Assembly: GCA_963793305.1 (NCBI GenBank)
Contig: CAWBZV010000005.1
Location: 1 to 64,000 of the forward strand
Reading direction: 5' to 3'
Origin: an uncultured Gemmatimonadales bacterium
Lineage (GTDB): Bacteria; Gemmatimonadota; Gemmatimonadetes; Gemmatimonadales; Gemmatimonadaceae
Length of the DNA stretch: 64,000 nucleotides
In this document: positions 38,824-48,944 of the stretch, piece after piece
Position numbering within the stretch: position 1 is the stretch's first letter
Layout of the letters: every line of letters starts with the position of its first letter
The notes under the pieces: generated by a model
Seen by the model: the letters and a program-made list of their open reading frames with translations, nothing else
What the model was told of the DNA's origin: nothing
The model's database searches: none
Made by a program: the position numbers and the translations under genes

Positions 38824-40405
38824 ACAGGTAACGTGGGAACCCGTGATTGTATCGCTTCGGCGTTCCGGTCAACGCGATGAATCGGTCGCCATAATCCTGC
38901 ACCAGCGTGTAATGCGGTTCGAGCAACGAGAGCGGCGCCGTCATGCCCACGAGTGGTCTCGCGGTCAGCACGAACTGTTGTCCCGTCGGGTGCACCACGG
39001 GATCGAGCAGGGCGAACGCGCGGGCCTCATCGGCCGCATTGTGCCCGGGACCCCTCTCCATGTCCTCGATCGCGACCCAATGGGCGCCCGGCGAGAATAT
39101 CGGCGGTCCGGCAAATTGCCCGATGCCAGGCGCGTACACCGGTCCAGTCAGCGCTTTCACGGCGCCCTTGAGATCCGCGAGGGCCTCGTGCGAATGGGAC
39201 GAGACGACAACGGTCTGGGGTGCGTACGTGAGCGGCGTGAATGCGATCGCCACCGCTGCTGCCTGCAGCACGACTGACTTGATCTCGGCTAGTCCGAACG
39301 TACCGAGAACAATCGTAAACGCGCCGAAGGGGATAAAGACATTATCGGATGATCCCCAGTCGAGCGAGCCCATGAACGCTGTCGCGCAGGCCATGATGAA
39401 CTGCACATGCCATACGGTCGCCGCTCCGCGGCGCGTCGATGCAGCGCTATCGCGCTGCTCGACTGGTCGGTTGAGATGTCGCTCGGCTGCGCCTCGCTCC
39501 TCGCGCACCGCTCTCGTGATCTCCACCGCGGCCGCGATGAACAGGGGCAGGTAATTGCCGGCGACGAATCGAATCAGCCTCGCGAACGTCTCGACGTTGA
39601 CCTTGGACCACCCGCGCGGGACGTCGAGTGTGAAGTAATGAAAGTCGACCCCCAGAGGAGCGATCGCATAGAGAACGGGCCCCAACACGATCGCCACGAC
39701 CCAGTATGGCCAAGACTTGACGAGCCCTTCGCGCCACGTGAGGTACAGGACCCCGCCGATGGCGAACAGGGCCCCATGCTGCTTGAACCAGAACGAAAGG
39801 GTCAGTAGGACGACGCCACCCAGCCGCCCGAGCCGAGTCTCCGAGCGCCCGATCACATACGTCCCGGCCAAAGCCGACGCCAGGAGCCAGGAATCAGAAT
39901 GCGCCGTGTCCAGATATGCGTCCATGACGCGATACGCCGTCGCATAGAACGCGAGCGCGATCAGCCCCCACCAAGCCGACTGCGTCCGATCCCGAACGGC
40001 CGCATAGATGATGTACCCAGCCAACGCCATGCCGATGATCGCAACGATCCTGAGCGCGGGCAGATCCAGCCCCATGACCCAAGTGAATGGCACGCACAGG
40101 TAGTAGTACAGGGGATTGTACGCCAGCGGCACATACGCCGGTGTCGGTGCCGGGTAGACCGGAAGCCCATGCGCAGCCTGCGCGACGTGCTGCAGAATCG
40201 CGCCTTCCATGAGGTCCAGGTGGCCCGCGAAGTTGACGTGATTGAACCACAGAAACCCAACGAACGCGATCATCAAGACGGACCACGCGGCCAGCAGGGC
40301 TCGTGATCGCTCGCGAGTCGGGCGCGGCTCACGGATGTCGAGCCATATCGCGAGGGCGACCGCGCCGAGGAAGATGACGCGCAGGATCGTGAGACGACCG
40401 GTCAT
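38807..40405 (-). CDS. GT-C-like multi-TM membrane protein
   Basis: DLMEG...G.PVY...Y.PLYY, HSDS, WFKQHG; multi-TM. Confidence 0.65.
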   Translation of the reverse strand: MTGRLTILRVIFLGAVALAIWLDIREPRPTRERSRALLAAWSVLMIAFVGFLWFNHVNFAGHLDLMEGAILQHVAQAAHGLPVYPAPTPAYVPLAYNPLYYYLCVPFTWVMGLDLPALRIVAIIGMALAGYIIYAAVRDRTQSAWWGLIALAFYATAYRVMDAYLDTAHSDSWLLASALAGTYVIGRSETRLGRLGGVVLLTLSFWFKQHGALFAIGGVLYLTWREGLVKSWPYWVVAIVLGPVLYAIAPLGVDFHYFTLDVPRGWSKVNVETFARLIRFVAGNYLPLFIAAAVEITRAVREERGAAERHLNRPVEQRDSAASTRRGAATVWHVQFIMACATAFMGSLDWGSSDNVFIPFGAFTIVLGTFGLAEIKSVVLQAAAVAIAFTPLTYAPQTVVVSSHSHEALADLKGAVKALTGPVYAPGIGQFAGPPIFSPGAHWVAIEDMERGPGHNAADEARAFALLDPVVHPTGQQFVLTARPLVGMTAPLSLLEPHYTLVQDYGDRFIALTGTPKRYNHGFPRYLYEFRQ

Positions 40406-42906
40406 AGCGGGCAGTCCCGGTCGATGATCTGCTGGGCCCGCAGGGTCTGGAGCATGGTTGTTGCGGCCGTCCGCTGCCCCTCGGGCGTCCAATGCCAGGC
40501 GTTCGAGTAGTACGTCGGCTGCGGGTCAGCCCTGAGTGGCCCGGTCAGGTCCACCACGCTGACGCCGACGGAATCCGCGATGGTCTTGAGCGTGGTATAC
40601 GGTCGCAGCAAGTCGTAATGCACGGGGTCTGTCAGCGGGACCCCCGACCTCGGCAAATACTGGATGCGATCACGCGGGAGCACGGTGACCCCGCCCGGCG
40701 TATAGAACACGAGCAATCGCGCGTTGACGCTCTTGGCTTCATCCCGAAACTCGGCCATGAAGCGCGTCATGCGCGCGACATTGGCCGTGTCGTAGAGGGA
40801 ATTCTGTCCGCGCGCATAATACGGAAGCATGAGCTTCCATGTCTGATCGGGCGACGGCTTCCCGGTGACCTCGGCCACGCCGGCTTCGTACCACCGCCGT
40901 ATGTTCGCAACCAGATGCGATCGATCGCGGAAGATCCCGCGCACCGACCCGCCACTCTGCGTCAGCCCGATGCCGCGACGCCGCTGCTCGGTGCCGATCG
41001 TAATATCTTGCCAGTCGTTCACGAAGAACTCGTGTACGACGACGTCGGGCGTGAACAACGGCCCGAGCTCGCGGAACTGCGCGATCTCTTCCAGCGGCCC
41101 ATAGCCGGTGACGCCGGCGTTGATGACCTCGACGGGCCGCGGCGCGAGGCAGCGCGCCAGCGCGGTCTGGAGCAGTGCCGGATACGACTGCTCGTACGGC
41201 AGCGCCTCGGGCATCGTGAACGCGTCGCCCATCGTCAGCACGCGGAAGGTATTCGCGCTCCGGCGCGCGGCCGGGATCTCAGGGCTCGCGAGCCCGAACG
41301 AGTTCGTGCGGATGACGTAGTCGTAGTCGTTGTAGCGCAGATGCGTGGTCTTGTTCGGGATGAGCCCGAACACCCGCGTCGGATGGATCTCGAGCGCCGG
41401 TTTCTCTCCCCAGCCACCGACTTCCCGCGGCGCGAATCGCTTGGCCGCCAGCTCGCCGGCGATGACAATGACCACCGTCACCGCGACGCCGATAACCAGC
41501 GACCCACCCATCGACGCCAGCGCGATCAACACCCCCAGCATCGCCGCCAAGAATCCTGACCCGGCGGGAATCACGAACAGATAGAGGACGGTTGACAGGA
41601 CTCCCGCATTGCGCGGTGCGCGGACGAGCCAAATCAGCGTGATGGCGTCGACCGCGAGCAACCAACAGAGTGTGCGCTGCCAGTGGCCGTCGGGCGTTAA
41701 TTGCGGCTCGACCGTAAACAGCACCAACGGAACGATGATAGCGCTGGCCCACGCAATGGGTCCGGCAACCCGCCGCAACCTGTCGGCTCCATCGCGCTCG
41801 ATGTCCGCCACCACGCGCTCGATCCACACGGCGACCGGCCACGATAAGACCAACACCAGCGCGGCAGCGAGAAAGTGCGCCCCTCCGTTGCTAAACCACG
41901 CGGCAGTCCATTTGAGGGGTGGCTGGTGCAATAGAAAAATCGCGTACGACGCCGCACCGAGTCGTGTAATCCACGCGGCCGGCGCCATACGCCAGATCGC
42001 GTAGAACACACCGGTGAGTCCCAACGTGATCAGGAGGTTGGAGAAAACGACCGTTGGGAGAAAGAATTGCGCGCCGAATCCCACGATGTAGCTCCCGATC
42101 GCCCAGCCTACGGACGGGAGCTGGCGACCGTTCGTGATCCACCACGCGGCGACCATGCCGGCAGCAAACTCCGCCAACCGGCTGCCAAAGAACATGCCGG
42201 TCAGCCAATCATATCTGATAGCGGGAAGCGCCAGGCCAATTCCGCGCGAGACGATCGTGAACGCCAACGCGGCTGCGAAGAACCGCATCGGCCCCAGTCG
42301 CTCCAACCCGCGGAACAAGATGGGATAGACGATATAGATCTGCAGGATCAACCAGACGAACCACCACGAGGGCGAGATATAGAAGAAAAGCCCACGCGTG
42401 AACCTGAGCCCCGCGAGACTGAGCAACGTCGCCGGCGAGCCAAACGACAGCGTATTGCCGGGCACGAACAGAGCGCCGCCCAGGATGACGACGTGCATGG
42501 CGATATACAACGGATAGAGCCGGAGCAGCCGCCGGCGATAGAACGCCTTGGTGTCCATCCCGTTGCGAAGCGCCGAGAGCGTGAGGCCGACGCCACTGGC
42601 AAAGATGAACACGCCGGGCGCCGCGTCGCCGAGCCAGCCGAGCATACGCAGGGCTCCCCACAGGGGACCGGAGCCGTGCGGAAGGGCCGTCGCCACACGC
42701 GTCGACAACGCCGGCCACGAGGCTGTGGGATTGGTGAACCACGGCCCGGGGCCGAACTCCTCGACGAAATGGTTGAGGAGAATGCCGAGCAGCGCCAACG
42801 CCTTGATCGGGTCGAGCCAGTCGAGCCGCGTCGCTTGGATGTCGGGCGCCGCCTGGGTCGGCCTCGCCTCGATCCGTGACGCTGCGGCTGATCCGGCTGC
42901 GCTCAT
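40402..42906 (-). CDS. Acyltransferase-3 + SGNH-like fusion protein
   Basis: N-terminal RLDWLD..KALA.L.I...H, F...SG, FY.RR..RLYP, WFV, SY.IFL.H; C-terminal TNSFG, MGDAFT, INAGV.GYG, H.T.EG. Confidence 0.8.
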   Translation of the reverse strand: MSAAGSAAASRIEARPTQAAPDIQATRLDWLDPIKALALLGILLNHFVEEFGPGPWFTNPTASWPALSTRVATALPHGSGPLWGALRMLGWLGDAAPGVFIFASGVGLTLSALRNGMDTKAFYRRRLLRLYPLYIAMHVVILGGALFVPGNTLSFGSPATLLSLAGLRFTRGLFFYISPSWWFVWLILQIYIVYPILFRGLERLGPMRFFAAALAFTIVSRGIGLALPAIRYDWLTGMFFGSRLAEFAAGMVAAWWITNGRQLPSVGWAIGSYIVGFGAQFFLPTVVFSNLLITLGLTGVFYAIWRMAPAAWITRLGAASYAIFLLHQPPLKWTAAWFSNGGAHFLAAALVLVLSWPVAVWIERVVADIERDGADRLRRVAGPIAWASAIIVPLVLFTVEPQLTPDGHWQRTLCWLLAVDAITLIWLVRAPRNAGVLSTVLYLFVIPAGSGFLAAMLGVLIALASMGGSLVIGVAVTVVIVIAGELAAKRFAPREVGGWGEKPALEIHPTRVFGLIPNKTTHLRYNDYDYVIRTNSFGLASPEIPAARRSANTFRVLTMGDAFTMPEALPYEQSYPALLQTALARCLAPRPVEVINAGVTGYGPLEEIAQFRELGPLFTPDVVVHEFFVNDWQDITIGTEQRRRGIGLTQSGGSVRGIFRDRSHLVANIRRWYEAGVAEVTGKPSPDQTWKLMLPYYARGQNSLYDTANVARMTRFMAEFRDEAKSVNARLLVFYTPGGVTVLPRDRIQYLPRSGVPLTDPVHYDLLRPYTTLKTIADSVGVSVVDLTGPLRADPQPTYYSNAWHWTPEGQRTAATTMLQTLRAQQIIDRDCPL

Positions 42907-44651
42907 CGCGCGGCAGTTACCGGTGCGCGAGCGCCAGCGAGCGCCCGTTCAACGAGCGTACTCCGAAACGGCGTGACCCCGGCTGGGACACTGACAGCCC
43001 CCGGATCCGCGATGGCGCACCCGGTCACACACGTGCCCGCGAGCCGCTGCACCTCGGTGAACTGCACCCGATTGAACGAATCGTTCGGCGCGTATCGCTC
43101 GTTCAGAAACTCGGCGGTGTCCAACACCTCGTTGGCCAGGCCGCGCTCCATAATCCGGAATCCAGCATAGACGCTCTCCAGGAACTCGGCACTCGGCGCC
43201 TTGGCGCCGCGCCCAATGCCGGTATACGCCACGCGCCCCTCGATCTCGGCCGCCCGATACAGATTGCACCCATCAATGAGCGCCCGCGCCTTCGGCGCCG
43301 CGCGCAGCATCGCATCTCGTCCAGCACCGAGATAATCCCGATGCCCCGTGCACATGATCAAAATCTCGGCGTCGCGAACGGCATCATCGAGATCGTTCGT
43401 GAAGAGCGCCGTCAACGAGAACTTCGCCAGATTCTGGTCGTCGGGCTTGACGTACGGGTCATGCAAACGGACCTTGCAGCCCCGGTCGAGCAGCAGCCGA
43501 GCCAGTGACAACGTCGGCGAGTTCCGCGTATCCTCGGAATTGAACCGATACGCCGTGCCGAGCAGCGCCACCGACTTGCCAGCGATAGACCCGATGCGCT
43601 GCTCGGCCAGCCGCACGGTCTCGGCCGGCGACGCATCATTGATCCGGCGCGCCTCGAGAATGAGGCTCTTGCTCGTATCCGCGCCGCTCTCGATGCGGCG
43701 CCACCAGAAGAGAATGCCGTCCTTCGGCAAGCAGTGCCCACCGACACCCACGGTCGGAATCAACAGGCCACCGCTCGGCACGGCGTTGGGATCACTGCTC
43801 GCGCCATCCGCCTGATGGAGCCGGGCATTGACCTGATCGCGCACCGCGTAGAAATCGACATTGGCCTCGTCACACGCCCGCGCGACTTCGGCCGAGTACG
43901 CGATCCGCACGTCGCGATACGCGTTCTCGAGGGTCTTGACCGACTCGGCGGTCATGCTGTTGGTCGGGTACAGCGTCCCACCGGTCACGATGCGCGCATA
44001 CAGTCGCTTGATCAACTCCGGTGTGATCGGATGCAAGCCGCCGATCAATTTGTCGCTGGCCGCTACGCGCTCGACCAATCGACCAGGCATCACCCGATTG
44101 GGGCTGTTGCCGAGTAACAGGTCGCGCCCTTCGATCAGCCCATACTTCGCGAAATGGTCTTTGATCAACGTGGCCATGGACGATGGCGCGAGCGTCGACT
44201 CGAAGACGATAATCGGCATGTTGCCGGCGGGCCGTTGCCGCAGCTCTTCGCCGATGTGCCCCAGGGCCTCGAACAACGGTCCATAGTCCGGTGCAAACCC
44301 CGTTTTATCGGTCTGCACGCAAATCAAGATCACGTCGGCGTCGCGAACCCCAGCGTAGTCAGACGTGGCTGAGAGCAACCCGTCTTTGACCGATTCGGCG
44401 ACAATGCGATCGAGATCGGGCTCGACGCCGCCGATCGGTGACTTGCCGGCATTGATCGCGTCGACTTTCCATCCCGACGTCGGCGAGGCGCGTTGCACCA
44501 CGAGGACTCGGGCTGGTGTGTCGCTGCCCTCGCGAATCCGGGCGTGCGCGAGCAGTGCCGCCATCGGCATCCCGACGATGCCGGGGCCGACGACCGCGAT
44601 TTTCTTTACGTGCCAGTCAGGCACGCCTGATGGATCGAGTTTTAGGGGCAT
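42903..44651 (-). CDS. Nucleotide-sugar dehydrogenase (UDP-glucose/GDP-mannose family)
   Basis: VVGPGIVGMP, FESTL, PNRVMPG, AE.VK..ENAYRDV.IA, GVGGHCLPKD, D.RNSP. Confidence 0.9.
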   Translation of the reverse strand: MPLKLDPSGVPDWHVKKIAVVGPGIVGMPMAALLAHARIREGSDTPARVLVVQRASPTSGWKVDAINAGKSPIGGVEPDLDRIVAESVKDGLLSATSDYAGVRDADVILICVQTDKTGFAPDYGPLFEALGHIGEELRQRPAGNMPIIVFESTLAPSSMATLIKDHFAKYGLIEGRDLLLGNSPNRVMPGRLVERVAASDKLIGGLHPITPELIKRLYARIVTGGTLYPTNSMTAESVKTLENAYRDVRIAYSAEVARACDEANVDFYAVRDQVNARLHQADGASSDPNAVPSGGLLIPTVGVGGHCLPKDGILFWWRRIESGADTSKSLILEARRINDASPAETVRLAEQRIGSIAGKSVALLGTAYRFNSEDTRNSPTLSLARLLLDRGCKVRLHDPYVKPDDQNLAKFSLTALFTNDLDDAVRDAEILIMCTGHRDYLGAGRDAMLRAAPKARALIDGCNLYRAAEIEGRVAYTGIGRGAKAPSAEFLESVYAGFRIMERGLANEVLDTAEFLNERYAPNDSFNRVQFTEVQRLAGTCVTGCAIADPGAVSVPAGVTPFRSTLVERALAGARAPVTAAR

Positions 44652-46536
44652 TTAATGGGAGTCGATGAACTGTCTGTGCCACAGCTCGAGATTGATCAGG
44701 CCCCACAGACGGCGACTGAACGCCGTCTCGTTGGACATGAGGTGTTCCACTTCGGCTACGTCGAACAATCCGCGATCGCGCGTCGTCGGCGACAGCAGCA
44801 CGTCGGCGAAGAAATCGCGCGCCTGTCCCTTCGCCCACAGATGCAGCGGCACCGGGAACCCCATCTTGTCTTTTCGGTCGGCGACCGCACGGGGTAACAC
44901 GTGGGATGCGGAGCGCTTGAGAATATATTTGAGCTCGCCCCCGCGGAATTTCGTGCGCGGCGGCATGCTCGTCACGAGATCGGCCAGCCGGTGATCGAGC
45001 AACGGCACCCGTGACTCCAGCGACGCCGCCATGCTGACGCGGTCTTCGACGTGGAGCAGGGCGGGCAGCCCCGTCACCAGGTCGAAATGCGTCATCTTGT
45101 TGTAGTACGACTTCGTGTCCGGGTGATTGAACACGCGCTGGAACCGGGCGAACAAATGCTCGGTCTCATATTCGGCCCGGAAATCGTCACTGAATAAGCC
45201 CAACGCCCCACCGGATCGATCGATCAACCGGAAATACCGGCGATCCATGGGCTCGAACATATCCTGCGACCAAAATTGTTGCAGCATCGGCGCGTATTGT
45301 CTCAACGCCGGCAAGTTCGGGATGATTGACTTGAGCGAGACGATGTGCTCAGCCTCTTCCGTCGTCTCGAAGATCGCGCCCTTGATGGCCTGCTCTAAAT
45401 AGGCCACCAGGTATCTCGCATACCCGCCGAAAATTTCGTCCCCACCTTGGCCGCCGAGGACCACTTTCACATGTTGCGCGGCGCAGCGCGCAACAATGAA
45501 CTGGGGAAAGAGCCCGGGTCCAGCCACGGGCTCGTCCATCTGATAGATGATATGCGGCAACAAATCGATGAACTGCTGCTCGGTCGGCACGATCTCGTGC
45601 ATCGTCGCGCCACAGGCCTGCGCAACAACCTTCGCGTAGCGACTCTCGTCGAACTCGGGTCCCTCTCGGAAAGAACCGGTGAACGTATGCAGCGGTCCAC
45701 CCGCATGCGGCGCCGCGAGCAACGTGACGATGCTCGAGTCCATGCCGCCGGAGAGGTACGCACCGACCGGCACGTCCGAGCGCAGCTGCAAGCGCACGGC
45801 GTCCTCGATGATGCGCCGGGTCTCGTGGACGAAGTACTCCTCGGTGTGATACGGATCGATGACGAACCGGGGTTCCCAAAATCGAGTGATCGTGCTGGAG
45901 CCGGAGGCGAGATCAGTGACCTGAAAGTGCCCGGGCTCGAGCTTCCGGATGCCATCGAACAGCGTCCGATCCCCGGTCACGAACTGAAACGTCACGTACT
46001 CCCGCACCGAGTCGAAATCGACCTTGCGCGGCACATCGGGATGGGCGAGAATCGCTTTGATCTCCGACCCGAACAGCATGCGCCGGTCGTCCGACCAGTA
46101 GTACAGCGGTTTGATCCCGAAATGATCGCGCGCGGCAAAGACTCGTTGACGCTCGGCGTCATAGAGCAAGAACGCGAACATGCCGTTGAGCTGCCGCACG
46201 CATTCGGGCCCATACTGCGCGTACATCGCCGAGAATGACCTCGGTGTCCGAGGTCGTCCGGAACGTGTGCCCGAGCCGTATCAGCTCGGCCTTGAGCTCG
46301 ATGTAGTTATAGATCTCGCCGTTGAAGACGATCGTATACGGCCCGGTCGTCATTGGCTGATGCCCGGTCTTCAAGTCGATGATCGAGAGGCGCTTGAAGC
46401 CGAGCCCAACACGTCCGTCGACGAACACACCGTCGTCGTCCGGCCCGCGATGCCGGATGACGTGCGTCATGGCCGAGATCTGGCTCGGCTCGACGGCGGT
46501 GCCGTCCTTCTGTATGATCCCGACTATGCCGCACAT
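44652..46536 (-). CDS. asnB: Asparagine synthase (glutamine-hydrolysing) / amidotransferase (frameshift near 46230)
   Basis: MCGIVG...HRGPDD...FNGEIYN...SDTEVIL joined to ...GMFAF...RD.FGIKPLY...LSGG.DSS...G.GGDE.FGGY...SLESRVPLLD. Confidence 0.9.
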
Positions 46537-47489
46537 AGGTCGATGGCTCGATCTTGGAGTGAGGGTCGGGATAAAATGGCGCGGGCGTGGGTGCTCATGT
46601 TGACCAGGTCGAAATGGTCTTTGAGCACCCGCAAGACGCGGTGGAAGGTCCGCGCCTTGACTCGCCCGCTCAGGTCCATGCCGGGGAAAAACTTCAATGC
46701 CGGCGCTTGGTCTCCGCCGAGGAGATCAAGCGGGTGCAACAGGAAGCTCGGTTCCACTCCCATGAGACGACAGGAAGCGATGGCGGTTCTCAGATACGCC
46801 ATCATGAGAGTGTTCGAATACCGACTGAGATACAGCAGGTAGCTCAGATGAAACGGCGTCTTGATGACCGGGATGGTCGTAACAGGTATCTCCAGCAGGC
46901 TGCGCCCGGAGGGCAGTCTCCACCGATACGGTGCAACCGGTCTCAGTCCATCACGAACAGTTCCAAATAGCGCCCCACGCTCAGCCTTCTGCTCCGCCGT
47001 CAGTTTGGCGGTCCAGAAGTAATAGGCTCTGGCTAGGGGCCCGAGATATGTCGGGAGCGTCGATGCGTCGTAGATGTATCCCCGGTCGAGCAGCACTTCG
47101 AGCAGATCGGGGCTCCAGCTAAATCCGGGCCCTCGGAAACCAACGGGCCGCTGTCCCGTGGCCGCGAAGATATTTTCTTCGGCCGTCGCGATCTCCGTCG
47201 TGAGCTGCTCGCGGGAGTATCGATGCAACCAGGGCTCGTGCTCGTGCGAGTGATTCCCGACCTCATGTCCAGCATCGACGGCCGAGCGCAATGCCGTCCG
47301 ATTGGCTTCCGCGGCGGCATCGATGCCGACGATGAAGAACGTGATCTTGATGCCGAGCGCATCGAGCGCTTCGAGCGCCGCGGGGAAGAAGACGTCGTAA
47401 TACGACGGCCGCGACTCCCACCCGGCGTCGCCGTGCGTCTTCATGTACGACCACAGATTATCGACGTCGAGCGAGACGCTGGCCTTCAT
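46524..47489 (-). CDS. Polysaccharide deacetylase
   Basis: MKASVSLDVDN, TFFIVG, HEVGNHS, GFRGPGF, LHPLD. Confidence 0.85.
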   Translation of the reverse strand: MKASVSLDVDNLWSYMKTHGDAGWESRPSYYDVFFPAALEALDALGIKITFFIVGIDAAAEANRTALRSAVDAGHEVGNHSHEHEPWLHRYSREQLTTEIATAEENIFAATGQRPVGFRGPGFSWSPDLLEVLLDRGYIYDASTLPTYLGPLARAYYFWTAKLTAEQKAERGALFGTVRDGLRPVAPYRWRLPSGRSLLEIPVTTIPVIKTPFHLSYLLYLSRYSNTLMMAYLRTAIASCRLMGVEPSFLLHPLDLLGGDQAPALKFFPGMDLSGRVKARTFHRVLRVLKDHFDLVNMSTHARAILSRPSLQDRAIDLCAA

Positions 47490-48820
47490 GACGGGACCGC
47501 CGGAGCCGACGTCGCCAGCATCGGAACGAGCGCCCGCGCCTGCCGATCCGCCAGCATGAGCGTCTCGTTCACGTTCAGGGTCCCATTGGCGATCTGCGCC
47601 GAGTTGACCACGAAGAGTCGTTCTTGCGAGGTCTTGAGCGGCGGCAGACAGTTCGCGGTGTAGTCGCGCGTGGTCACCGCGAGGACGTTGCGCACCCGCG
47701 AGACTTGCGTCGCCCGCACCTGTCCGCGATGAAAGTGCGGATACATGCGCTCGAGGGCCGAGACGGACTCGTCGAGTATCGTTTCGTCGCTCTTGCCCCA
47801 GTCGTTCGCGGTCTGGGTGAGATATCTCGGCAGATAGACGAGGTGCTTGCCGCCGAACGTCGCGGGATCCACGAGCGCCGTCATCTCGATGACCGCGGTA
47901 AACGGCACCCAGTCGTCCGTGATGTTCGTGACGTAATAGGGAGCCAGAGGCCGGTCGAGGAGCAACGAGGGGCACACGATGCCCTGATAGACGACCCGGT
48001 TGAGTCGCTCCCGCTCGCTATCAGTCAGCTGGGGACAGAGCGCGCTCACGCGCGGGCAGGGCACCGTCATGACGACCGCGTCAAACCGCCGCGTCGTCCC
48101 GTCGCCGAATCGAACCGTCGCCCCATCGCTATCGCTTTCGACGTTGTCGACGGGCTGTCCGGTGACGAGCTCGACGCCTTTTTGGGTGAGATAGTGTTCG
48201 AGGCGCGCGAGCACGGCGTCGTAGCCACCCTGCACGTACCCGAACCGCTCCTCTTTCAGCCCCGAGCGACGAGCCGCGTACATGCGCGCGATGATCGCCC
48301 AGATGAACGACGCGCTCGCCTGCGTCGCATTCGCCCCGAGCTTGGCCTTGAGCAGCGGCAGCCAGATGCGCTCGACCGTCCGGCTCCCCGACAACCGCGT
48401 GAGCCAATCAACCGCCAGCTCGCGTTCCAGTGGCTCGCCATCGGTGATCCGGGAGGCGGTCATGATCGTGAGACCGAGCCGCACCTTGTCGATCAGATTG
48501 AGCGGCGGGAATCGCAGGAAGTCGAGAGCGTTGTTGAACGGATAGAGGTGCCCGTCCGTGAAGAATCCAGTGCGTGTCGTGCGCCATTGGATGCTGTCTG
48601 CCAAGCCCAGTTCGCCGAGTAGGTCTCGAAGGGCGGCATCCGACAGAAGTGTCACGTGGTAAAAGCGATCCCACGTGATGGGCCCGAGCTGCTGCGCGCT
48701 CGCCAGGCCGCCGATCCGAGGGGCGCCCTCGATGACCGTGACCTCGCAACCGGCGTGTTTGAGCCGACGCGCGAGTCCCAGTCCGAGCATGCCGCCGCCG
48801 ACAATACCGACGTGTGTCAC
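47486..48820 (-). CDS. FAD-dependent oxidoreductase (protoporphyrinogen-oxidase-like family)
   Basis: VGIVGGGMLGL dinucleotide motif, E...GGLA, DRFYH; GTG start at 48820 preferred. Confidence 0.85.
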   Translation of the reverse strand: MTHVGIVGGGMLGLGLARRLKHAGCEVTVIEGAPRIGGLASAQQLGPITWDRFYHVTLLSDAALRDLLGELGLADSIQWRTTRTGFFTDGHLYPFNNALDFLRFPPLNLIDKVRLGLTIMTASRITDGEPLERELAVDWLTRLSGSRTVERIWLPLLKAKLGANATQASASFIWAIIARMYAARRSGLKEERFGYVQGGYDAVLARLEHYLTQKGVELVTGQPVDNVESDSDGATVRFGDGTTRRFDAVVMTVPCPRVSALCPQLTDSERERLNRVVYQGIVCPSLLLDRPLAPYYVTNITDDWVPFTAVIEMTALVDPATFGGKHLVYLPRYLTQTANDWGKSDETILDESVSALERMYPHFHRGQVRATQVSRVRNVLAVTTRDYTANCLPPLKTSQERLFVVNSAQIANGTLNVNETLMLADRQARALVPMLATSAPAVPS

Positions 48821-48832
48821 GCTAGGAACTTT

Positions 48833-48848
48833 AGCAAGCAGCCGGCCA
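48833..48848 (-). promoter_or_regulatory. Candidate sigma-54 promoter (or extended -10)
   Basis: Minus strand TGGCCGGCTGCTTGCT, nearly identical to the site at 50798-50813. Confidence 0.5.
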
Positions 48849-48944
48849 CCTGTCTGTGCCACCCATCACGCGTGTAACTGAAAGCATGGCATAGGATAAG
48901 CGCGAGGCTCACCTGGCGGTCAGACCCCCTCTGTCGCGCTCGCT

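Noticed and set aside
48887..48902. Plus-strand TGGCATAGGATAAGC sigma-54-like box
   Set aside because: Points antisense into minus-strand genes and has a poor -12 element.
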